A stretch of DNA of 64,000 nucleotides from a virus (taxonomy: Duplodnaviria > Heunggongvirae > Uroviricota > Caudoviricetes). The notes beneath the pieces are model-generated. The model was not told the origin of the DNA. It saw only the letters and a list, made by a program, of their open reading frames with translations, and ran no database searches. The translations under genes and the position numbers were made by a program. Positions 47,371-55,612 of this stretch are shown one piece after another (position 1 is the stretch's first letter; each line of letters begins with the position of its first letter). The stretch lies in IMG/VR virus record IMGVR_UViG_3300026473_000783; one strand, given 5' to 3'.

Positions 47371-47844
47371 TTATTTTAAAGAATCTAAAATAGCTTTTTT
47401 TTCATATAAATTCTTAAGAGTTGTCTCATAATCTGGATTTGGGACGATTCGAACAAAACGATAACTAGAAAAACTTTCTTTTACTAAAGCTAAAATACAC
47501 AAGTCAACGCTTTGTTCTTTTACATAACCAATGGTCAAAGAGTTTCCTCTTACAGCTAATTCACACATTTCTTTTGTTTGATCTTTGATAAATCTAATGG
47601 AAAATGAGTTGACTTCAATCGACATTTCACAGAGAGTTTTTGTTTGATTTTTAATTACAGCTAAAATCGAACAATCACGCTCAATGTAATTTAAAAGTTC
47701 TGATTCTTCAATTGAATTAAAATAATTCGATAAAAGATCAAATTCTTTTTTTGTACAAACCGACTTATCAATCCATTCAAAGAAAAAATCATCGGTTTTT
47801 TGAAATTTTTCTTCAAATATTTTTTGAATATCTCTACTCTTCAT
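47371..47844 (-). CDS. family-B DUF4116-like repeat protein
   Basis: ...VRIVPNPDYETTLKNLYEKKAILDSLK; preceded by repeat copy A and 65-bp leader shared with nuclease gene 50138. Confidence 0.55.
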   Translation of the reverse strand: MKSRDIQKIFEEKFQKTDDFFFEWIDKSVCTKKEFDLLSNYFNSIEESELLNYIERDCSILAVIKNQTKTLCEMSIEVNSFSIRFIKDQTKEMCELAVRGNSLTIGYVKEQSVDLCILALVKESFSSYRFVRIVPNPDYETTLKNLYEKKAILDSLK

Positions 47845-48168
47845 TTATTTATCCAATAGCCTTTTTTTTCATATCTTTATTTTACATTTTTTTATTTAAA
47901 AAAACAACTATTTTAAATACTTGTCTCCTTTTTGGTCGCAATATATCATTGAACATTTATTCAGTGGGTTTCGATGAGAACGTGTATCTTTTTGGTCGCA
48001 ATATATCATTGAACCAATCGGAGATTATCTCCGAAATCCTTCGTTAGAAGGTTCTTCTCTCATCAAAACCAATATATGGTCTCTCCAGAAGCTTAAACTC
48101 TCCGAGGAGTTTTCCCCATTAAAGTGGGGTCATGAACTTATTTAACCACTTCTTCCCTATTTTGTCAA
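47845..48168 (-). repeat. structured repeat copy A plus shared 65-bp leader, immediately 3' of tnpB
   Basis: Element 47988-48168 abuts tnpB stop (48178); 27-nt terminal segment duplicated (47928-47954 and 47988-48014) around a unique 33 nt; 47845-47927 is the inverted copy of 50086-50147. Confidence 0.6.
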
Positions 48169-50085
48169 ATAAAAGATTCAAAGAATTTTATTGTTTTTCT
48201 TTGTATTTGAAATTTTAATAAGACCTCTTCCAACTTTATAAATAACAAGTGCGGCATTATGATCTGCGTCCATTCTGTAATTACAACTGGTACAGATAAA
48301 TTTTTTGTCTTTTCGACTATCTTGATCCGTCTTCCCACAACAGCTACAAGTTTGAGAAGTGAACTTAGGGTCAACTTTTTTAACATTTTTTGAGTACTCA
48401 TTTAATTTTTGAGCAAAATAACCCCAGTTTTTAGAAAGAATAGATCTGTTTAAACCAGTTTTTTGAGAAACTTTCTTTCCAGGATTGTCAACATTGCCTT
48501 TAGCTGTTTTTGTCATATTTGATATTTTTAAATCTTCAATATAGATATCTTCACTTTTTTTCGCAATTAAAGTGGCTTCTTTTTTTAGAAAATTTTCTTT
48601 TTGTCTTTTAAGTTTTAATTGAAGCTTTGAGATTTTTCTAATTTCTTTTTTAAAATTTTTAGAGTCTCTATCTTTTTTTCTTCTATACAACATAGATTTC
48701 TTTTTTGGAATTATTTTTTCTAAATTTAAAATATATTCTGGAAAATCAATGCTTTTATATTTGACCTGATTTGGGTTTTTATTTGACACAATCGCAATAG
48801 CGGTTTTTGTTGAAATACCTCGGTCAATTCCAACTGAGCTTTTTTTGACAACTTCTTTTTTTACAGTTTTTTCTTGAATAGAAAAAATTACAAACCACTC
48901 ACTTCCCTCTTTTTTAAACTGAACAGTTCTTACATTTTCAACTAGAAAAGGTTTAAAGCATTTAAATTTCAAATATCCAAGGTCAAATTTTTCTTTTATA
49001 TCTTCATAATTTTTAGAAATACAAAAATAAGCATATGAAGAATTTGAATTTTCTTCAAAAGTCGTGTTCCATAAATTTTTAAACGCATTTTTAAAACCAA
49101 TAAATCCACTGTCTCTCTCACTTTTATAGCGAGGAATTCCAGCTTTTTTCGGGTCTTTTTTTAAATTTCTAAAAAATTGTTTATAAGAATCCTCACTTTT
49201 ATCAAATACATTATTAAAAAAGCTTGAACAAAACGGAAGAATTTTGTTTTTACGATTCTTTTTCATTTGAGTAAATTCTTTTTGTAGAACAGCTTTTGAA
49301 AAATTTTCATTTTTAAATGAACTTTGGAAATGATAAGGAATCTTGATTGAAAATACTTTTTTGTCTTTTTTCGATAAGTTCAGCTCTTTTCCAATGTTTG
49401 AATTAAGCCTGTTTTCAAAATTAAAGAAAACAACTGTTAAAAAACTTCTTAATTTATTCCGTTCCTTTAACTCTTCTTCTTTTTCGCTATCTTTTAGTTT
49501 TTTAAATTTATCAAAACTTGCTGAAATCAACTCATTTAATTCTTTAATTCTACGATCCGAAATTTTGATCGATTGTCTTTCCGCGATTTTTATTATTTGT
49601 TTCGCATCGAAAATATCTATTTTGTCTTTTTTCTCAATTTTATTAAAATTATAAAAATCTTGAGATTCTATTTGTTTTTCAACAATCGCATTCCATAAAT
49701 CTTTAGAAGCATTTTCCATTTTTTCTAAAATTGATCTCTGTTTTTCATTTAAATATAGTTTATATTTATAGTTTTTTATAGTCGTTTCCATATATTCATT
49801 TAAACACATTTTTCAATAAAAATAAAGAATTAAGACTTTGAACCTAAAAAAATATGTATTTTTCTAAGTAATTGATTTTATTGAGTTATTTTTTTTCTTG
49901 ACAAAATAGGGAAGAAGTGGTTAAATAAGTTCATGACCCCACTTTAATGGGGAAAACTCTAAAAAATTAGAGTTTAAGCTTCTGGAGAGACCATATATTG
50001 GTTTTGATGAGAGAAGAACCTTTTAACGAAGGATTTCGGAGATAATCTCTGATTGGTTCAATGATATATTGCGACCAAAAAGGAG
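47988..50085 (-). mobile_element. candidate TnpB-only IS200/IS605-like (IS1341-type) element, or tnpB inserted between inverted promoter-leader repeats
   Basis: tnpB bracketed by inverted ~200-bp repeats; no tnpA; the right-end/omega-RNA-like structured sequence sits directly after the tnpB stop. Confidence 0.45.
48178..49809 (-). CDS. tnpB: TnpB-family RNA-guided endonuclease homolog (IS200/IS605 OrfB / Cas12-like), 543 aa, catalytic motifs intact
   Basis: N-term NYKYKLYLNEKQRSILEKM...LWNAIVEK (TnpB HTH pattern); RuvC-I VGIDRGI; RuvC-II IYIEDLKISNM; zinc finger CSCCG...CTSCNYRM; RuvC-III DADHNAALVI; ~140 aa longer than typical TnpB. Confidence 0.75.
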   Translation of the reverse strand: MCLNEYMETTIKNYKYKLYLNEKQRSILEKMENASKDLWNAIVEKQIESQDFYNFNKIEKKDKIDIFDAKQIIKIAERQSIKISDRRIKELNELISASFDKFKKLKDSEKEEELKERNKLRSFLTVVFFNFENRLNSNIGKELNLSKKDKKVFSIKIPYHFQSSFKNENFSKAVLQKEFTQMKKNRKNKILPFCSSFFNNVFDKSEDSYKQFFRNLKKDPKKAGIPRYKSERDSGFIGFKNAFKNLWNTTFEENSNSSYAYFCISKNYEDIKEKFDLGYLKFKCFKPFLVENVRTVQFKKEGSEWFVIFSIQEKTVKKEVVKKSSVGIDRGISTKTAIAIVSNKNPNQVKYKSIDFPEYILNLEKIIPKKKSMLYRRKKDRDSKNFKKEIRKISKLQLKLKRQKENFLKKEATLIAKKSEDIYIEDLKISNMTKTAKGNVDNPGKKVSQKTGLNRSILSKNWGYFAQKLNEYSKNVKKVDPKFTSQTCSCCGKTDQDSRKDKKFICTSCNYRMDADHNAALVIYKVGRGLIKISNTKKNNKIL

Positions 50086-50147
50086 ACAAGTATTTAAAAT
50101 AGTTGTTTTTTTAAATAAAAAAATGTAAAATAAAGATATGAAAAAAA
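49865..50147 (+). repeat. structured repeat copy C (inverted relative to A) plus 65-bp leader running into nuclease gene
   Basis: Begins with truncated UAS (taagtaattgattttattgag), then TTGACA 49898-49903 -N17- TTAAAT 49921-49926, then structured region, then leader identical to the one upstream of 47371..47844. Confidence 0.6.
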
Positions 50148-50998
50148 TTATTTATTTAATCGTACTTATCGCCCCTCTTTGTTATGGATATTCATTTAAA
50201 AAATTATTTAAAGAAGTTGAAAAATCTTTTCACCAAGATCATAAAACAACTTCCCATAAAGTCAACAAAGGTCAAATTCAAATTCCAAACGAACCATTCA
50301 CCAAGGCTGAAGCTCCCCAATCTGTTAGTTATGGAGAATCTTTTGGTCGATGTGACGTTTTTTTTCCTAAAAAAAGAGCCCCTGCTATTGATTCAAGACT
50401 AACCTCTAAATCAAGATCAATCTGCTCAACTAAATTTGCGGTCCTTTATTCAACTGATTACAAATCTCCTATTTATACGATTGAAAAACTTTCTTATTTA
50501 AATTTTGTATCTAAAAAAGTGGAAAGATCAAACAAGTTTAAAGAAGATTATAGATTGAAAGATTCTGAAAAATCAACACTTGATGACTATAAAGAAGTCT
50601 CTTTTCAATTCGATAGAGGCCACAATGTGCCTTCTGGAGATTTTGTTGGAGGGTCTGAATTTGAAAATGAAGAAACCTTCTACCTTTCCAATATGTCAGC
50701 CCAAGACGCAACTCTGAATAGAGGTATTTGGGCCAAATCTGTAGAAAAAGCGGTTAGAAGCTATGTTCAAAGATCTTCTGGTGATATTTATGTATTTACA
50801 GGTGGCTATTATGGAAAAAATCCGGTTAGATTTGGCAAAAGTAAAGTGGCTATACCAAATTATTTCTGGAAATTGGTTTATGACGATTATACTAAAAAGT
50901 CATGGGTTTATTGGATTGAAAATAATTCAACAGATAAGCTTAAAGTTTTGTCTTATCAAGAATTTGTCGATAAAACTCAACTTAAGCTTTTAGATTAA
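50138..50998 (+). CDS. secreted DNA/RNA non-specific endonuclease (Serratia-nuclease/NucA family)
   Basis: Signal peptide; DRGHNVPSGDF and FYLSNMSAQDATLNRGIWAKSVE match the DRGH...N...N.G.W..E active-site signature. Confidence 0.65.
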   Translation: MKKIIYLIVLIAPLCYGYSFKKLFKEVEKSFHQDHKTTSHKVNKGQIQIPNEPFTKAEAPQSVSYGESFGRCDVFFPKKRAPAIDSRLTSKSRSICSTKFAVLYSTDYKSPIYTIEKLSYLNFVSKKVERSNKFKEDYRLKDSEKSTLDDYKEVSFQFDRGHNVPSGDFVGGSEFENEETFYLSNMSAQDATLNRGIWAKSVEKAVRSYVQRSSGDIYVFTGGYYGKNPVRFGKSKVAIPNYFWKLVYDDYTKKSWVYWIENNSTDKLKVLSYQEFVDKTQLKLLD

Positions 50999-51381
50999 AA
51001 AACTAATACAGCATTTGCCGTAGCAAAGAACTTGTCATCCCTTTTAACAATATGTGTTAAAGATAAATTTAATTCTTTTGGGCAGATATCCCCTTTAATA
51101 GATAAATCTGAAGAGTCAACTATGGCTTCGTTTATTTCTATTTCAAAATCAACATCAACCGTTTCACCCTCTTCATTTGATATTTCAAAAGATGCAGCAA
51201 TTGATTCATTTAATAAATTAAACTTTAAGCCTGAAATGCCCCATCTTTGGATAGAAACTGATATCTCATATTCGATTTCAGCTTCAGAAGTTTTACTTTC
51301 AAAAACAAATCTTTCCGGTAAATCAACAGAGTTTTCTATATTAACTGAAATTTTTGTTTGAAATTTATTTGATAAATCCAT
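50995..51381 (-). CDS. acidic hypothetical protein (128 aa), convergent with nuclease gene
   Basis: D/E-rich; 4-nt overlap with 3' end of 50138..50998. Confidence 0.4.
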   Translation of the reverse strand: MDLSNKFQTKISVNIENSVDLPERFVFESKTSEAEIEYEISVSIQRWGISGLKFNLLNESIAASFEISNEEGETVDVDFEIEINEAIVDSSDLSIKGDICPKELNLSLTHIVKRDDKFFATANAVLVF

Positions 51382-51546
51382 ATGTTCTCCGATCTTGTCT
51401 ATTAAATAGAATTTTTATTAAAAAAGCTTATTTTAAAATTTCACAACCCATATTAAATTCTTTAAAAAAGTCTTTTTTTGATACAAATCAATTAAATTAA
51501 ATACTTTATTTATTTTTTTTGATAAACTAATTAAAAGAGGTGATTT

Positions 51547-51726
51547 ATGAATTTAAAAGAATCTTTACAATCTTTTTTTGAAAAAAAATACTCAAAATCA
51601 GTCGCTTTAGATTATTTAAAAAGAGGAAAAACATCAAATCACCAATCAGGTGTTGATCTTATTTTAGAAAACAAGACTTATCATTTCGATCACAACTTAA
51701 ACCTTAAAGGTACAACAATTTGGTAA
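51547..51726 (+). CDS. small protein (59 aa)
   Basis: MNLKESLQSFFEKKYSKSVALDYLKRGK...; strong RBS AAAGAGGTG; just below ORF-track cutoff; first gene of + strand operon. Confidence 0.4.
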   Translation: MNLKESLQSFFEKKYSKSVALDYLKRGKTSNHQSGVDLILENKTYHFDHNLNLKGTTIW

Positions 51727-51729
51727 TTT

Positions 51730-52128
51730 ATGGCAAATAACCCCACAAACTATAAACAAGTCATTTTAATTCGTGAAGATCTCAATTTAAGTGCTGGAAA
51801 ACTTGCCGCTCAAGTTGCTCATGCTTCGCTAGGAGCTATTTTATCTATTTCGAAAATTGAAGATAAAAAATTAACAATTGAGCTGGATGATCCTACTTTT
51901 CTTTGGATTAGTGAGCGATTTACAAAAATTTGCTTAAAAGTAAAAAATGAAGAAGAGCTTCTGTTCTACTACAATAAAGTTAAGGAATCAAACTTAAAAC
52001 ATGCGATTATAAAAGATGCTGGCTTTACTGAGCTTGAATCTCCAACATTGACTTGTCTAGGGATTGGTCCTGATTTCAATGATAGGATTGACGCAATTAC
52101 AAAAAAATTAAGGCTATACAACAAGTGA
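51730..52128 (+). CDS. peptidyl-tRNA hydrolase PTH2 family
   Basis: KQVILIREDLNLSAGKLAAQVAHAS....DAGFTELESPTLTCLGIGP....KKLRLY matches PTH2 signature. Confidence 0.65.
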   Translation: MANNPTNYKQVILIREDLNLSAGKLAAQVAHASLGAILSISKIEDKKLTIELDDPTFLWISERFTKICLKVKNEEELLFYYNKVKESNLKHAIIKDAGFTELESPTLTCLGIGPDFNDRIDAITKKLRLYNK

Positions 52129-52634
52129 AAAAACCTGAAGATTTTGGAATCACTAAATATGATAAGAAAAAGTTTAAAAAAACTGGAATTTTAGATTGCT
52201 TCCAGAATGTCAATTTAAGTAATCTAAAATTAACAAAAATTCCCTTTAACTTTGGAACCATTGAAGGTTTTTTTTCTTGCTCAAACAATAATTTAAACTC
52301 ATTAAAAGGATCTCCAAGAATTGTTTCAGGTAGCTTTTATTGTTTTAACAATAAATTAAAATCATTAAAAAATTCTCCAGAAAAAGTTTTTTGTGACTTT
52401 TATTGTGATAATAATAAATTAAAATCTTTAAAAAATATATCAGAATGCCATCGAGACGTTTATTGCGAAGAAAATCCGATAGATATGACAGTAAAAGACT
52501 GGATTGAGGTTTTAGAAAAATGTCCAAATAGCGATTTATTCAAATACTGTCAAATAACTTCTGACAATTCAACTTATGAGAATGTCTTAAATTGTCTTAA
52601 AGAGAAATTAGCTATTTTAGAAGCTTTAGATTAA
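52125..52634 (+). CDS. family-A LRR-like protein
   Basis: GTG start overlapping PTH2 stop (GTGA); VKKPEDFGITKYDKKKF...; tail YCQITSDNSTYENVLNCLKEKLAILEALD. Confidence 0.55.
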   Translation: MKKPEDFGITKYDKKKFKKTGILDCFQNVNLSNLKLTKIPFNFGTIEGFFSCSNNNLNSLKGSPRIVSGSFYCFNNKLKSLKNSPEKVFCDFYCDNNKLKSLKNISECHRDVYCEENPIDMTVKDWIEVLEKCPNSDLFKYCQITSDNSTYENVLNCLKEKLAILEALD

Positions 52635-52640
52635 AAATAA

Positions 52641-53108
52641 TTATTCCGATTTTATTTCTTCACCTTTTAAATTAAAAGCTTTATGATAATAATCAAAAAC
52701 CGCATTTATTAAAATTTCTTTTTCACGATATTCAAATTTTAGAGTTCTATTTGGAACGACAACTGATTCAATGATTTTTTCTTTTTTTTCTGGAACATAG
52801 GGTAGACCTTCTTGCTTAACTTCAGGTGTTGTTTTATAAACAGTTTTTTCCGATAGAATATCACTTACTTCAATAACAACATTTCTGTTTTCAGTTTTAA
52901 ATTTATAATTTAAAGATTTAATCTCAAAACCTTCACCACTTTCTCTAAGCTCGTTTTCTAAACGAAATTTTATAGAGTCGAGAAACATTTTGGTTTTTGA
53001 CAAACATTCCAAAAGATTTTCTGTTGACTCATAAAATCCATTAAAAGAATCATAGGAACTACCCGTGTAATGATTAAATTCTATAAGTTTTATTTTTTTT
53101 GTTTCCAT
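52641..53108 (-). CDS. hypothetical protein (155 aa)
   Basis: ORF only. Confidence 0.4.
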   Translation of the reverse strand: METKKIKLIEFNHYTGSSYDSFNGFYESTENLLECLSKTKMFLDSIKFRLENELRESGEGFEIKSLNYKFKTENRNVVIEVSDILSEKTVYKTTPEVKQEGLPYVPEKKEKIIESVVVPNRTLKFEYREKEILINAVFDYYHKAFNLKGEEIKSE

Positions 53109-53182
53109 ATTTTTATCCTTTTAATATATTTAGTTTAAATCGAATTTATCTAAAAAGCAAATAAATCTTATTATGATAAAAA

Positions 53183-53923
53183 TTATTGAAGAGAGCGAAC
53201 AATCGATGAAGCTAAAAAACGAGGTGCACTTGCAGAAGTTCCAACAAATTGTCTTTTATCGTATCTAAAATAGTCATAAATATCAATAGAACCTCTATAA
53301 TAATCGACAGCGTCTATAGAACTACCATAATTGCTACCTTTATCAAAAGATTTGCGATCTAGACTAATTCCACCTACACATATTTTATTTTTTAATCGAT
53401 AAGAACAAAGCTCGTTTTGAGAAGCGTCAGCGCTATCATTTCCTGCAGAGACTATTATTTTTGTTTTTTCAGAAACCTCCAATAAAAGATCTTTTTCTGA
53501 TTGTTTCAAATTTGGAATAATCATTGAGATATTTATAGCGGTTAAATTAAGTGATTTAAATTGAGATAAGCAATTTTCGATAGATAGAGTTTCATCCATT
53601 TGACAGTAGATAATTTCTACATTTGATACTTTGTATTTTTCAAAAATAGAAACCATTTCGCTTATAACCGCTTCCCCATGAAGGTCATTAGCTTGCTCAA
53701 TAAAAACAACTTTAGGTTTTGATATTTGAATTGAAGATTTGTATTTTAAAGAAGATTCTGTCCATTTGACAGGATACACGTCAATAACCCCAATTTTGAT
53801 TTTTTCATTTTTTGAAATATCAAATTTAAAAGAAATACTTCTCTGAACAAGCTCTTTGACCCGTTCTGATGGGTGCTGGACTACGCTTGATAATAATAGG
53901 CACATTACTAATTTTTTAAACAT
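53183..53923 (-). CDS. secreted subtilisin-like (S8) protein, short/degenerate
   Basis: IGVIDVYP, HGEAVISEM, FVGTSASAPRFLA; ATG 13 nt from sigma-54 -12. Confidence 0.5.
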   Translation of the reverse strand: MFKKLVMCLLLSSVVQHPSERVKELVQRSISFKFDISKNEKIKIGVIDVYPVKWTESSLKYKSSIQISKPKVVFIEQANDLHGEAVISEMVSIFEKYKVSNVEIIYCQMDETLSIENCLSQFKSLNLTAINISMIIPNLKQSEKDLLLEVSEKTKIIVSAGNDSADASQNELCSYRLKNKICVGGISLDRKSFDKGSNYGSSIDAVDYYRGSIDIYDYFRYDKRQFVGTSASAPRFLASSIVRSLQ

Positions 53924-53932
53924 ACATAAAAT

Positions 53933-54070
53933 GTAGCAAGAAAAAGGCCAAATCTATATATTTTATATTGGATTTGGGGTATGGAAATGTTTAAAGATTT
54001 TACAGAGAATGATCTAAGTCGTTGATTTTATGAGGTGTTAATCTTTTAGTCGGTGGTTAAAAGATTGACA
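53933..54070 (-). promoter_or_regulatory. sigma-54 promoter cassette
   Basis: TTGGCCTTTTTCTTGCT; UAS 54021-54070. Confidence 0.6.
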
Positions 54071-54459
54071 TAGGGAGTTTATTTAATCACCAACTCTCAT
54101 AGGGTAGATTCAATGGGTGCTTGTTGTATAATAAAAGAAAGTGTTTATTTTAAACGATATATTTTTATTTAAGTATTGTTTTAAAAAACAAGAAAAAAGG
54201 CGACTAGGTAAGGGGGGCTAGCCGCCATGGGGGGTACTCATGTAAGGATAAGATACTTTTTAAAAATTATCAACTCTTTATATTAAAATACCAAATAAAA
54301 TTTTATAAACTATTGATTTCATTTCTTTTTTTTTGAAAAATTTTAAATAGGCTAATTGACTTTCAATGCAGAAAATAGATTTTTAATTTCTCCAAAAAAT
54401 CTAGAATGACCATTAAATAGAGTTTTTAATAGTAAATTCTTATTTTTTAAATTATTGAA

Positions 54460-55038
54460 TTAGTCAAAAAGAGCTAATATAGCTTGTTTTTCTTTTAAAC
54501 CTTTTAAAGTCGACTCATAAGTGGAATTATCTGAAACAATTAAACAAAGTTTAAAAAAGTTTCTGCTCGAATGTTGAGTTTTTGTTAAAAATTCTATCCA
54601 CTCTTGGACAGTCATGTCTAAAGGATTTCCAAAAAAAACCATTGAACCTTTTACTTCAGGAAGATTGTTTATTTTTTTCAATTTATTGTATTGACAATAA
54701 AAACCGCCAATAGCTTTTAATGGACTTCCTTCTAATGAAGTGAGTTGATTATAGGAACAATCGCAAATCTGATTGACTTCTTTAGGAAAATACTGTGATG
54801 ATTTAAGTTGATTATGAGAACAATCAAAATCTCCCAAAACTTTTTTAGGAGAACCTTTTAGTGATTTAAGATTATTTACTGATAAAATAAAATCTCCATG
54901 AGCGATTCCAAAATTAAAAGGGATTTCTGATAAATTTCGATTGCTCAAGTCGACATTCTGAAAACAATCCAAAACTCCCGTTTTTTCAAACTTTTCTTTA
55001 TCATATTTGGTAATTCCAAAATCTTCCGGTCTTTTCAT
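54460..55038 (-). CDS. family-A LRR-like protein
   Basis: MKRPEDFGITKYDKEKF...; co-operonic with metzincin gene. Confidence 0.55.
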   Translation of the reverse strand: MKRPEDFGITKYDKEKFEKTGVLDCFQNVDLSNRNLSEIPFNFGIAHGDFILSVNNLKSLKGSPKKVLGDFDCSHNQLKSSQYFPKEVNQICDCSYNQLTSLEGSPLKAIGGFYCQYNKLKKINNLPEVKGSMVFFGNPLDMTVQEWIEFLTKTQHSSRNFFKLCLIVSDNSTYESTLKGLKEKQAILALFD

Positions 55039-55046
55039 AAATCCTC

Positions 55047-55601
55047 TTAATTTTTAACTAAACTATCAACTATCCCTAATTGTTTCTTCCAATCTTTAAC
55101 TAAATCAAGATCCCAACTTCTCGATACAAAATCCCCCAAATAAGGATACATCAATTTTTTGTCATGAGTATGTTGAAGCCCTAAAGAATGCATTAACTCG
55201 TGCCTTGCTAATGTTCTAAAATCAACATACGGATAAGCGTCATTAAACAAAATATCTCTTTTAAAGATTGAAATGCCAAAATAAAGCGTTAAAGTTCTGG
55301 CTTGTTCTCCAATTTTAAAAGAATCTCTACTTTTCCAGTAAAGTCCATTTTTAAAAGTTAAATATCTATTTTGAGAATCAATATCTTCACCTACACTAAA
55401 AACCTCAAATCCAGCGACTTGATTAAAGCTTTTCATTTCTTCAATCATTTCTTTCTTTTTATTTGAAGGAAACTCTTTATGAAAAGAGAATTGAATCGGA
55501 AATTTTCTGGATAAAACCGGACTATCCCCTACAAATAAATATAAACGATTCTGATTTAGGGTTAAAAGTGGAAATAATAGAGTTAAGATAAATGTTTTCA
55601 T
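55047..55601 (-). CDS. metzincin-type zinc metalloprotease
   Basis: ARHELMHSLGLQH; track start TTG, Met 55601 is 15 nt from -12. Confidence 0.55.
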   Translation of the reverse strand: MKTFILTLLFPLLTLNQNRLYLFVGDSPVLSRKFPIQFSFHKEFPSNKKKEMIEEMKSFNQVAGFEVFSVGEDIDSQNRYLTFKNGLYWKSRDSFKIGEQARTLTLYFGISIFKRDILFNDAYPYVDFRTLARHELMHSLGLQHTHDKKLMYPYLGDFVSRSWDLDLVKDWKKQLGIVDSLVKN

Positions 55602-55612
55602 ATAGTTCAATT

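Noticed and set aside
45353-52527. Track ORFs 45353..45577, 46547..46762, 47751..48047, 48165..48401, 49343..49654, 50184..50402, 50763..50993, 51032..51361, 52097..52288 and 52345..52527
   Set aside because: Each is nested in or antisense to a better-supported gene (SPFH, TnpB, nuclease, PTH2/LRR operon) or lies within the structured repeat; none has an RBS or homologs.
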